In this document: positions 52,501 through 64,000 of the stretch, in pieces
Position numbering within the stretch: position 1 is the first letter of the stretch
How the letters are laid out: each line of letters starts with the position of its first letter
Assembly (NCBI GenBank): GCA_051362555.1
Contig: CM120641.1
Location: 16,182,001-16,246,000, forward strand
Direction: 5' to 3'
Length of the DNA: 64,000 bases
Source of the DNA: Lingula anatina
Lineage: Eukaryota > Animalia > Brachiopoda
The notes under the pieces: model-generated
The model's database searches: none
The model's input: only the letters and a program-made list of their open reading frames with translations
What the model was told of the DNA's origin: nothing
Translations under genes and position numbers: made by a program

Positions 52501-55500
52501 AAAGTCATATACTGGCAATCTAAATGTGATCTTAAAATTGACCTTTGACCTACTTTTCACCATGAACTGAACTTTGCAACTTTTGCTTCCCTTTTATCTC
52601 CAAAACTGGCTGAGATAGGTCCATAGTTACTATTGAACTTGAATAGGAAGTCATATACTGGCAATCTAAATGTGACCTTGAAATTGACCTTTGACCTACT
52701 TTTCACCATGAATTGAACTTTGCAAATTTTGCTTTCCTTTTATCTCCAAAACTGGCAGAGATAGGTCCATAGTTACTATTGAACTTGAATAGGAAGTCAT
52801 ATACTGGCAATCTATATGTGACCTTAAAATTGACCTTTGACCTACTTTTCACCATGAACTGAACTTTGCAAATTTTGCCTTCTTTTATCTCCAAAACTGG
52901 CTGAGATAGGTCCATAGTTACTATTGAACTTGAATAGGAAGTCATATACTGGCAATCTAAATGTGATCTTAAAATTGACCTTTGACCTACTTTTCACCAT
53001 GAACTGAACTTTGCAACTTTTGCTTCCCTTTTATCTCCAAAACTGGCAGAGATAGGTCCATAGTTACTATTGAACTTGAATAGAAAGTCATATACTGGCA
53101 ATCTAAATGTGACCTTAAAATTGACCTTTGACCTACTTTTCACCATAAACTGAACTTTGCAAATTTTGCTTCCCTTTTATCTCCAAAACTGGCAGAGATA
53201 GGTCCATAGTTACTATTGAACTTGAATAGGAAGTCATATACTGGCAATCTTAATGTGACCTTAAAATTGACCTTTGACCTACTTTTCACCATGAACTGAA
53301 CTTTGCAAATTTTGCTTCCCTTTTATCTCCAAAACTGGCTGAGATAGGTCCATAGTTAGTATTGAACTTGAATAGAAAGTCATATACTGGCAATCTAAAT
53401 GTGACCTTGAAATTGACCTTTGACCTACTTTTCACCATGAATTGAACTTTGCAAATTTTGCTTTCCTTTTATCTCCAAAACTGGCAGAGATAGGTCCATA
53501 GTTACTATTGAACTTGAATAGAAAGTCATATACTGGCAATCTATATGTGACCTTAAAATTGACCTTTGACCTACTTTTCACCATGAACTGAACTTTGCAA
53601 ATTTTGCCTTCTTTTATCTCCAAAACTGGCTGAGATAGGTCCCTAGTTACTATTGAATTTGAATAGGAAGTCATATACTGGCAATCTATATGTGACCTTA
53701 AAATTGACCTTTGACCTACTTTTCACCATGAACTGAACTTTGCAAATTTTTCTTCCCTTTTATCTCCAAAACTGGCAGAGATAGGTCCATAGTTACTAAT
53801 GAACTTGAATAGGAAGTCATATACTGGCAATCTTAATGTGACCTTAAAATTGACCTTTGACCTACTTTACACCATGAACTGAATTTTGCAAATTTTGCTT
53901 TCCTTTTATCTCCAAAACTGGCTGAGATAGGTCCGTAATTACTATTGAACTTGAATAGGAAGTCATATACTGGCAATCTATATGTGACCTTAAAATTGAC
54001 CTTTGACCTACTTTTCACCATGAACTGAACTTTGCAAATTTTGCTTCCCTTTTATCTCCAAAACTGGCTGAGATAGGTCCATAGTTAGTATTGAACTTGA
54101 ATAGAAAGTCATATACTGGCAATCTAAATGTGACCTTGAAATTGACCTTTGACCTACTTTTCACCATGAATTGAACTTTGCAAATTTTGCTTTCCTTTTA
54201 TCTCCAAAACTGGCAGAGATAGGTCCATAATTGAACTTGAATAGGAAGTCATATACTGGCAATCTATATGTGACCTTAAAATTGACCTTTGACCTACTTT
54301 TCACCATGAACTGAATTTTGCAAATTTTGCTTTCCTTTTATCTCCAAAACTGGCTGAGATAGGTCCATAATTACTATTGAACTTGAATAGGAAGTCATAT
54401 ACTGGCAATCTATATGTGACCTTAAAATTGACCTTTGACCTACTTTTCACCATGAACTGAACTTTGCAAATTTTGCTTCCCTTTTATCTCCAAAACTGGC
54501 AGAGATAGGTCCATAGTTACTATTGAACTTGAATAGGAAGTCATATACTGGCAATCTAAATGTGACCTTAAAATTGACCTTTGACCTACTTTTCACCATG
54601 AACTGAATTTTGCAAATTTTGCTTCCCTTTTATCTCCAAAACTGGCAGAGATAGGTCTATAGTTACTATTGAACTTGAATAGGAAGTCATATACTGGCAA
54701 TATAAATGTGACATTAAAATTGACCTTTGACCTACTTTTCACCATAAACTGAACTTTGCAAATTTTGCTTCCCTTTTATCTCCAAAACTGGTAGAGATAG
54801 GTCCATAGTTACTATTGAACTTGAATAGGAAGTCATATACTGGCAATCTAAATGTGACCTTAAAATTGACCTTTGACCTACTTTTCACCATAAATTGAAC
54901 TTTGCAAATTTTGCTTCCCTTTTATCTCCAAAACTGGCAGAGATAGGTCCATAGTTACTATTGAACTTGAATAGGAAGTCATATACTGGCAATCTGAATG
55001 TGACTTTAAAATTGACCTTTGACCTACTTTTCACCATGAACTGAACTTTGCAAATTTTGCTTCCCTTTTATCTCCAAAACTGGCAGAGATAGGTCCGTAG
55101 TTACTATTGAACTTGAATAGGAAGTCATATACTGGCAATCTAAATGTGACCTTAAAATTGACCTTTGACCTACTTTTCACCATAAACTGAACTTTGCAAA
55201 TTTTGCTTCCCTTTTATCTCCAAAACTGGCAGAGATAGGTCCATAGTTACTATTGAACTTGAATAGGAAGTCATATACTGGCAATCTAAATGTGACCTTA
55301 AAATTGACTTTTGACTTACTTTTCACCATGAACTGAACTTTGCAAATTTTGCTTTCCTTTTATCTCCAAAACTGGCAGAGATAGGTCCATAGTTACTATT
55401 GAACTTGATAAGAAAGTCATATACTGGCAATCTAAATGTGACCTTGAAATTGACCTTTGACCTACTTTTCACCATGAACTGAATTTTGCAAATTTTGCTT

Positions 55501-58500
55501 CCCTTTTATCTCCAAAACTGGCAGAGATAGGTCCATAGTTACTATTGAACTTGAATAGGAAGTCCTATACTGGCAATCTAAGTGTGACCTTGAAATTGAC
55601 CTTTGACCTACTTTTTATCATGAAGTGAACTCTGCTAATTTCTTTCTCTTTTAACTTCAAACTTGACAGAGATAGGTCCATAGTTACTCTTGAACTTGAA
55701 TAGGAAGTCATATACTGGCAATTTTCTGTGACCTTGAAATTGACCCTTGACCTATCTTACAAAGAACTTAAATTTGATTGTACCATATATATTTTTTGCA
55801 ATAGTTTAAAAATTCTTGTTGATTGCATTTTTACAGCTTGTCAAGCACAAAACTGGTGGCTGTGTCCCTTATTTTGTGTATGTGGGGTCTATACGAATGC
55901 GCTTGCTCCAGCTGGTGGTACAATATTCGGAGGCGGTATCGCCTCTCTGATCCTCTAGTTTTTGATAATTTTGAATATTTGTCTGTTAAAAAAATCAGAC
56001 CACCTTATCAGCAACATATGTGGTGAAATTACATTGTATCTAATGATATTTGCATCAGGTGTTTTGTCGTCTACCTAGTGAAATGAAAATGATCACTTGT
56101 ACCTTGCATTGTTCCTGGTTATGGCACAATTTTCAAATTACATGTATTTTTCATTAACCCTTTTTCACAGAATTGACAAACATGGGTTTGTTTTGCAGTA
56201 TAATTTGGAATGCTATGTGCTCATTTCATTTGAGTAGATGATGAGATTTTGCAGCTGTTTCAATCAGTATTTCATATCAGTACCAGCAATCTTTTACCTT
56301 TCTACTAGAACTGTACAGAGACCAAGGATTGTTCACCAGACTGACAGCCATTGAGAAAGAATTCCCTGGAGCTAACATTATTCTCCATAAAAGCCAAAAC
56401 ATGCCAAAGGTAATCATTTTCAAAATCACACAATTAAAATCATTGTGAAGTGGAAAGTGCCCTATCACTGTGCTGCTATAGGCATTGTTATAGCTATATT
56501 AACAGATTTCCAACTAGGACATTTAGTGACACATTTAAATTTCTCAGATAAGAAGTACACTCTACAGCTTACTTCAAAATGTAAAAGTAAACACTTGTAA
56601 GTACTTAGTTGCAGGTTAGTCAAAGTCACCCAGAGTTTCAGTCTAATTCTTTACTGTCAGCACACCCCTGCAGTTCACAGTTAATGCATAATTAAATTAT
56701 GGTAAATATTTGATCTTTTCAATGAACCAAAATTATAAAACTTTCAGATACATAAAAATTATGATTATATAGAGCATTTTTGGTGCTTTTACTGCATTGA
56801 AAAGAAAAGAAGTATTGAGTAGCCTGCTTTTTAATTTTACTGCTACCACTCAGTAGGATATTCTAATTTTAAAGATTATGACTTATAATTACAGTATCTT
56901 TAAAATTTACAATTTCCCCCATGAAAAAGTTCAAGTGATTATTGTACGGAGTTGGTTTCCACCAACCTGAAACTCAGGGTTGTTAAACAGCTACCAGTGC
57001 TTTGATCTCCAAATGTTTCTGAACGAAATGGTCTAGATTAAGATTCCACGTTATCAATTTAGGCAATCCAGGAGCTTTGGACCAATGAACGCCTGCTGAA
57101 TGCTGTAGAGCAACTGATTGGGCCAGATATAGCAGGCCATCCTGTGTGGAATCTGCGTACAAAAACACCAAAAAATGAAGCCACAACTGTCCCATGGCAC
57201 CAAGGTACTGGTACAGACAGTTTTCATTTCAACACTATGGATCAATGGGCATTTAAAAAAAAAGTGATTTGAATTAAATAGTCAGTGAAGTGGATTTTGA
57301 TTGCAGACATGGGGAAAACCTAGGACACAATGAAGGACCAAAGGACCTGCACTATACCGTCCACAAGACTACAAGTAATCAGCAGGTCCTCCCAATTCTA
57401 TGCTGGGCCTAACTAAGTATTTTATTTCTGTTAGTATATGTGTGCATGTGATAAATTATAATGTATTGTATTTTCACATATACCTTGCCAGCCCAGAGGA
57501 CCTGGGATATCAAAAACCATGCAGGTCCACTGGCATTTCAAGCAGTCACGACCAGCCATACAGGCATGCTATTTCCCCATGTCTGTGATTGTTTTTTTAA
57601 TTGATTTATAAAGTTTGAATCTTTTAAAGTAACAATAATCAGGTCAAATAATGAGAAGGATAATCAAGTTTGATATATTATAGTTATCAGTCACTGAACA
57701 ACCTGTATTTTGATTTTAAAAAATCATGCTATTTACTTCATCTGTTTTTTTGGCTAGATGTTGGCTACCTGGACAACAATTCCTATGAAGTTCTGCAGCC
57801 CACTGCATGGATACCACTTTTGGACTCCAATGAAAACAATGGCTGTATGCAGGTGAGATTCCTATTGATGCAGTTAGGCATCAGCATTTACAGGATGAAA
57901 ATTGTTTTCAGATGAATGGAAGAGGTGGAATTGACATTAGGTATTAAAGGAAAATATCAAAATCATGATTAAAATCACACCAAGGTTTTACCTTCAGTGC
58001 TAGACAAGAGCACACTCCCTATTCTATGCTTCATTATAGTAGCTACCTCAAAGTTGTATTTGTTCTATGCAATAAAAGCACCACAAATGCTATCTAGAAA
58101 TATATTTTTCATGATTTCAGAATAATGTATATGATAGATTGATAACTTTCGTCCATAGAAAAGATTGGGTCATTACAGTAATTAAAGGGAAGGTAGTGGT
58201 CTTTTAACCCCCACAGTTGACCCAACTAAATAAACAGCAGAAAACTGAAATCAATCTTTGATTCAGATAAGGCCTTATTTGGCCACCAGGTACTTTCGAA
58301 CGTCCCCCCCCTCTCCCCTGTCACCTGACCATGGACCTACGTACAATGTAGCTCAATTATCATAGGTATGACCCAATTTTTATTTTTTCGTTTTCTTTTC
58401 TTTTTTTTTTTTTTAGTTAGTTAAGGGAGGTCACAAGACTGGACGTGTGGCGGAACACGAGTGCTGTGCTGGCAATACTTGGTACACCATGTTGACAGAG

Positions 58501-60467
58501 GAAGAAATGGAGAAAACCCTGGGTAACTTCCCACTGGAAATTTTTTTTCTCTCAATTCTAGCATGATAAATGAGCACTTAGAAGAGTAGTAGAATAGTGG
58601 TATTTTTATATTACTGACAAGAGACCAATACCAGAAAGAAATGACTGAAGGTACTAATATAATCCAGTCTAATTACACAGCAGTGAGCTGGTGTATTTTT
58701 TAAACATAAGGCAAATAGATGTTAAATGTCCAACAACACAGAAGAAAATAATGTCTTTAATGAACTACACACGTTTATTTCAGAGGTTAACATGGCAGAG
58801 GACATTGTGTCATGTCCAGTGTCCTATGGAGGAATGTTACTGTTAAACAACATGATTCCACATAGGAGGTAGGGCTTAAGTGCTTTTATCAATACGTAAT
58901 TGGCATTTTCTAACTGGGTTTGAACTGCCCCAAACATAACACTAGTCAACCATCACACATTTGACTTAAAAAGACTTTTAAACAAAGTCAGAACCAGTCA
59001 AAAGTAAGATCAAATGGATTGGTTTTAGCATGGTTCATTAAGATAAAATATACTGGTATATATAAATGGAAATAATTTTGTATTTATTTGCAGATATGAA
59101 TCAACAGTGAATAAACCTAATAATTGCATAAAAAAATGTAAATAAAACATGCATAAAAAGGGGCATGGTTCAACATGTATGTTCATTTTAAAGAACTGGT
59201 GCTAACATAAAAATATTTTTGAAATTTAATAGTCATTTTGACATCAGATAAAACACATTGAAACAGCTTTCATCAGACTGCATCAATGCAAAGTTCAAGC
59301 AAATATAACAAATTCCACATTTTCAGCCTAAACAACTATTCCGATGCTATCCGCTGGAGTCTGGACCTGCGTTGGCAGACACCACACAAATCCTGTGGTT
59401 TTTATGGCTTGAAGGAGGGCCTACTGATGCGTTCCTCAAAGGATCCCAATGTTAAGATAGACTGGGATTCCTTTCTAGGTCTGAACAGAACCAAGGAACA
59501 GCACAAGTCTGTGGGAAAGGTAACATGGTGTGGCACTCACTACTTTGCATTTGATTCAAAATTAAAGCACCTCTTAAATAATAATTTGATGTTAAATGCT
59601 TTAACATCAAAAGATAATGTTTTATCACATTTTAAAATATTTCTGTGGGCATTATGGCCTGCAGTGGTTATGGTAAATACTCGATCTTTTTCAGTAGGGA
59701 ATATTGGTAATTTTACAGATACTGCAAATTTAGAACATTCCTATTATTAAGTGGTAGCAACAAAATTCAAAAGCAAGCTACTCTATAATTCTATCCTAAG
59801 CAGTAAAAGCACCACAAATGCTATACAGAAAAATAATTTTGTGATTCTAAAATTATGTATCTGAAGTTTGATAATTTTGCCCTGAATAGATCCAGTAATT
59901 ACTGTACAGTAACTAATATCTACTTTCGAGATTCCAAATTAAATAAAGCTGTATATTGATTTTGAGCAGTTCTCTGAAAAAAGGGTTGGCTTTAATTTTT
60001 ACAGTCTTATAATTAAGAATGCTCAAAATTATAATAATGAAATCAAGTGTGCTGTACAGAAAGGTATATCAATATGTGCACCAAAAGTGAATGTATATTT
60101 TATGACAATGTTGTATTGTTCTATTCATGGCAAAAATTTGGTTATTCTACTTAAATGTGCAAGACATGCAATTATAATTTGTCAGAATAAACAGGAGTAT
60201 TTCTTCAAAATAGCAATCTTGAACATGTAAACATGTGGAACGGTTTCCAACTTTAATATAAGGCTTTGTGTTATGCAATGCATGTTGTTGCTTACGACTC
60301 TCACATTTGAACTGTCTACGTATCTTTAGGAAATGGATGATTTTGACACCACCATTGTGGGGCCTTGGATGAAGAAATGGAAGATAGTACATCACAACCG
60401 TCATACCAAAAACATATCTGAGGAAACTTTATCATCTTGGCACAATCATAGGCCAATCAAAGCTTAA
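49507..60467 (+). CDS. Phytanoyl-CoA dioxygenase (PhyH) family Fe(II)/2-oxoglutarate oxygenase, PHYHD1-like; exons 49507-49653, 49817-49934, 56309-56409, 57063-57204, 57758-57852, 58417-58522, 58784-58868, 59327-59519, 60330-60467 (alternative in-frame ATG at 49498)
   Basis: Exons sum to 1125 nt in frame. PhyH motifs: LTAQQVKQFFEEGYVVVEDF, PWHQD (HxD iron ligands), TAWIPLLDSNENNGCMQLVKGGH, and PHRS..N.SDAIRWSLDLR (distal His and 2OG-binding Arg). A likely upstream non-coding exon ends at 48733 (GAG|GTAAG). Confidence 0.88.
50315..50376. repeat. 9-bp tandem repeat (TCCGCCGGC) x about 7
   Basis: Direct reading; it produces the spurious PAPPAP and RRLRRL ORFs. Confidence 0.9.
51276..55755. repeat. 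Satellite-like tandem array, 146-bp unit, about 30 copies plus a degenerate terminal copy
   Basis: CTCCAAAACTGG anchors at 51285, 51431, 51577, 51722, 51868 ... 55510; units are highly similar, and the last unit (about 55610-55755) is diverged. Confidence 0.97.
56700..56944 (+). mobile_element. TA-flanked MITE, copy 2 (same orientation as 1360-1611)
   Basis: TA|TGGTAAATATTTGATCTTTTCA ... TGAAAAAGTTCAAGTGATTATTG|TA; shares GAGTAGCCTGCTTTTTAATTTT and TGCTACCACT with copy 1. Confidence 0.7.
57304..57585. mobile_element. hAT-like MITE (282 bp)
   Basis: 14-bp terminal inverted repeats CAGACATGGGGAAA / TTTCCCCATGTCTG; flanking direct repeat TGATTG (57298-57303, 57586-57591); repeated subterminal AGGACC/GGTCC motifs. 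Confidence 0.7.
58035..58178 (-). mobile_element. TA-flanked MITE, partial reversed copy
   Basis: TAAAAGCACCACAAATGCTAT and the end GAAAAGATTGGGTCATTACAG|TA match the reverse complement of the left half of copy 1. Confidence 0.55.
59671..59904 (-). mobile_element. TA-flanked MITE, reversed copy
   Basis: AGTGGTAGCAACAAAATT..AAAAGCA.GCTACTCTATAATTCT and GCAGTAAAAGCACCACAAATG are the reverse complement of 1440-1515; TA on both sides. Confidence 0.75.
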
Positions 60468-62254
60468 GTTACTGTGAACCAATCTAAAATGGTCAAAAAT
60501 ACAGTAAAAAAATGGTGATTAGTCAGATCTTCTACTGTAAAGTGAGCCCCTGTAATTTTTATCAGTCTAAGCAAAATAATTAATAGCCTTATATTTCAAA
60601 ATTGGATCATAGCTACTCTTAGTTTACATTCAGACAATTTTTACATCGAGTGCTATACTCGAGGGATGTCCTTAGTATTTTTTGTACCCCTTCTATATAA
60701 ACCATATATATTAATATATGTTGGTTTTAGTAGATATGGATGCTATTTTATAACTATTATATACGATACTATAAGGGTATAGTATATTGACTTTTACCTA
60801 CATGGTATGGCATAATTTATTTTACAGAGATAATACAAGGCTAATATAATGGTCACAATATAATAATAATAATAATAATACATAAATATAACTTGAATTA
60901 TGCCCAACATTCCCTCAAATTGATGGACTACCGTGTATCATCATGATTTCAAAGCAAAATTTATTTAGTTTAACAATTAAAGGTGCCTAAGCATGCTTTT
61001 TGTCTTAAGTATTGTACACGTTATCTTATATAAATAACCAAATTAGTTTTTGTAATTTAATAATTTGGGTGCCAAAACATGCTTTCTATATTGTGTACAT
61101 GCAGTATTTTTATAAATGATCATAAAAATAATTCAGATTTTGGAACAGAATGAACCAAAAGAATTGGCAACATTGTAAGGGTTTGAAATGTATTTTACTG
61201 GGGCCCATAGATATCAGATTGTAGTATATGGTTATAGTAGGAGTTCATAAGTCCTTGCTCTATGAGCAATTTTATTTGTAATTTCAATTCAATAAAAAAA
61301 ATTGATACAGTTCTTCAACATACCATTATGTACTGGGCTGAAGAATATATTGGGCAACAGGATTGCAAAGCACAAAGTGTGCCAATAACTTTTATGAAAA
61401 ATAACATTCTGCTTTTTCACTAGGAAACTTGTCTTAGCTAGTTTCAAGTAAAACTGTACCATCTTAAGGCAATAAACTTTCATTACTACAGCAAAAAATA
61501 CAGTGTTTTAAAACAATTATAATTTGGCAATTATAGGGCAATAAATACTTCTATAAACCACAGAAAGAGCAAAATCTTGAGAAATAACTTGAAAAGAACA
61601 TTGATTAGGTAAAAATAAATATGCAGAAAACCAACCTCTTTAAAAATAAACACGTTTGACATATAAATACATAATGACACATATACTTGCTTTTAATGGG
61701 CCTTTTGAGAAATAATATACATTCATTATAGAGAATCAAATATTGAAGCTATAAATTACAAATCTAGAACAGGTTTCTGTGGTCTAAAACAAACAAAAAA
61801 AAAAAACAAATGCTATTGTATGTCTGGAATTGTACCAAATGAAACCAACTTGTTAAAATTGAATTAAAACAAAACATTGGTTTTGAGTTTCCATCCTTTA
61901 TTTTTTTTATAAATAAAAGACTACCAAAAAAGGTAGACTGAGTAAAATACATAATTGTTGGTGTAGTGTAGTGTCCGTTACAAATGTCTTACATAGTAAA
62001 ATTTGTTAATAGTTTTATTTACAAAGTTTAAAGTTCTATGAATTTTACTAATGTAGCTTTGGAAGTCATTTCCAGATGCTTGATATAAATGGTGTATTTG
62101 AGATATTTGGTCTTGAAATATGGTGTTTGAGAATCGATGTGTAAAGCATGACGTTGAACTTTAAGTTCTTGTAAAGAACTGAAATATATTGAGAATGTTT
62201 GTTCTACTGCAAACCACAGTTACAGTGTGTTGTTGTGTATGCAAGAATTATGTA

Positions 62255-64000
62255 TCAGCTTTCTGAGTTTGTATCAGCTTCCCAACCTTCAGGTCTTTTT
62301 ACCCGCTTCATAGTGTAATCATTAGATTTTTGGCTCACCTTCTCTGACAATCTCTGAAAACAAGAAAATGGTATGTTTAGAAAAAAGAAACAACTTTCTT
62401 TAAAATCAAGTAATCTGTTTAATATATATAAATGATATAAAGACTCAGTGCAGGTAAAAAACACAAGGGGATATTTCCTTTTTTAATCTAGACTTTCTGA
62501 CAATCAGACTTTAGACACCTGAAGATTTTGGATTTTTTGTCACAGATAAGGTAATTTCTTGTCAGATTCATACAAAGTACAAAATGAATATATCCATTAT
62601 TTGAATATACATTCATCAACTTAGATAATGCAGAAATAAACCTTGTTATGTAATAAGATAATTTACATAAAGTAAATGGAGAAACAAAAGCTATTTTGAC
62701 CAACTCAGGACATTTTAACAAATCTATCTTAATTATGGTCATAAAAAATTTGTATTAATGTGAGGGCTTGTTTTACATATATATATATTATGATTTATTT
62801 CACTTAGCAAAACTTAATTTCAAACCATGTTACAACCAGAATAAAACTAAATGAGCTTTAGATCAAATGGGCTCAAAAAATCTTTGGAATTTTTTATTTC
62901 TTTACTTGATTGTATTTTTACAAATTTTCCAGATTTCACCGATTTAAATGTTCTTATTTCAATGCCACCAACTCTAACAAAAAAGTATCACTAACAGTTA
63001 TATTTACCCACTGTGTACCATAAACAAGCAACTCAAACCTTATTATCTTTAAAAAGAGTCATATTCCTTCCTTCTCTGTAACACCAACATCTTACTCGGG
63101 TAACTTCAATGACACATTCAACAGCAATATGCCCACCTGAAAAAATTCACTCTCCCCTTCCTCCTCCTCTTTTTCCTTCACTTCAGTTTTATTCATCACT
63201 CTTAACTTCTGGAGGACCACATGTTGTATTTGCTGCAAAAAAAATAATAATATAATTGTCAAGTCCTTAAATCTTTATTGTTCTAGTAAAACTTGGAAAA
63301 TTTTACAGAATGATGAATACAGTACAGTAGGAACATCTGTGGTACTGTTTATTCAGGAGACCATGGTGACAGTGACTCAATGAAAAAAAAACCTGTAGCT
63401 GTCTCCTCATGGAACCAGCTGCACGATGACTGGCGATCTTAATCAATATACAAATAGATCTTCATTGTCAATGGCTATGGATATAAAAAATTAACTGAGT
63501 TTTACCAGCAAATATTTCTCTATAGCTATTGATACATGAAACTATGTGCTTATTGAAAAACCATAGTTAAAGAAACTGTTTACATTATCTCTGGTCTTTA
63601 TCAAAATTTGACTCTATGAATAGCAGTAACTACTTTCCTTTTTTTGTCCGAAGTGAGAGTGGGGCACAGTCTTGGGAAGTTTGAGTACATATCCTTAAAC
63701 ACTTTTCACATGTAAATATTAACCTTAGATAACAAGTATGATTACTCTCAAACACCATGCATAAAAGAGATACAGCGTATCAGTCCTAGAAATGCTCCTT
63801 ACTGTTGCACTAAGTTTCCTACATTAGGGCCCTCATTCACAGTTTCTGTTGCGTGTTATTTATGCAAATATTAGAAGGGGTGTCAATGCATTAAACTTTG
63901 CCAACCTTACCGGTTTCTGTTTTTTTCCTTTTTCCTCGTCGTCAGTCCGAAATCTCTTCTGAGTGAATAAAGTCATCACATATGATCCAACTGTTAATCC
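62255..64000 (-). CDS. Probable cytochrome c oxidase assembly factor COX16-like, 5'-truncated by the window; exons 64000-63911, 63232-63137, 62353-62255
   Basis: Three phase-0 GT-AG exons give ...GLTVGSYVMTLFTQKRFRTDDEEKGKKQKP/QIQHVVLQKLRVMNKTEVKEKEEEEGESEFFQ/RLSEKVSQKSNDYTMKRVKRPEGWEADTNSES*. The pattern (end of TM helix VGS...F.Q.R, charged linker, E.E...L...D....R..RP..WE) resembles the COX16 family as recalled; not verified by search. Confidence 0.6.

Larger units (their letters stand above)
50252..55958 (+). mobile_element. Non-autonomous Helentron/HINE-type (DINE-1-like) element, 5.7 kb, in intron 2 of the PhyH-family gene
   Basis: 5' subterminal inverted repeat ATTGTACCACCAGC (50257-50270) within a hairpin (50259-50288); (TCCGCCGGC)x7 microsatellite; central 146-bp array; matching 3' inverted repeat GCTGGTGGTACAAT (55911-55924); hairpin GGAGGCG-GTAT-CGCCTCT (55929-55946); terminal CTAG (55955-55958) followed by a T-run. 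Confidence 0.8.

Noticed and set aside
51276-55755. CRISPR array, or protein-coding repeats (repeated 80-101 aa minus-strand ORFs)
   Set aside because: Units are contiguous near-identical 146-mers without unique spacers, there are no cas genes, and the context is a eukaryotic intron. The ORFs arise from the repeat period.

Overview
AT-rich eukaryotic (metazoan, probably invertebrate such as a mollusc; this is an inference from gene and repeat style) genomic DNA with GT-AG spliceosomal introns. Most short ORFs in the supplied track are exon fragments or noise. Reading splice sites by eye gives five genes: the 3' part of an ABCA-subfamily (ABCA3-like) transporter (+, 11 exons, stop at 6949); a complete ERCC6/CSB SNF2 helicase gene (+, 21 coding exons, 9201-35683, about 1406 aa); a RASD/Rhes-like small GTPase (+, 44153-44833); a 9-exon PhyH-family Fe(II)/2-oxoglutarate dioxygenase (+, about 49507-60467); and the 3' part of a probable COX16-like gene (-, 62255 to the window end). 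Introns and intergenic DNA hold several transposon relics: a PIF/Harbinger-type MITE, a Tc1/mariner deletion derivative, a dispersed TA-flanked MITE family, a hAT-like MITE, and two Helentron/HINE-like elements. One HINE-like element is 5.7 kb long and carries about 30 copies of a 146-bp repeat, nearly all containing a perfect nuclear-receptor DR1 site. The most striking feature is a ~460-bp near-perfect palindrome at 41409-41867. It is flanked by a 15-bp target-site duplication, has a 36-nt unpaired tail, and carries a minimal type I hammerhead-ribozyme motif in each arm, the architecture expected of an inverted Penelope-like pseudo-LTR insertion.
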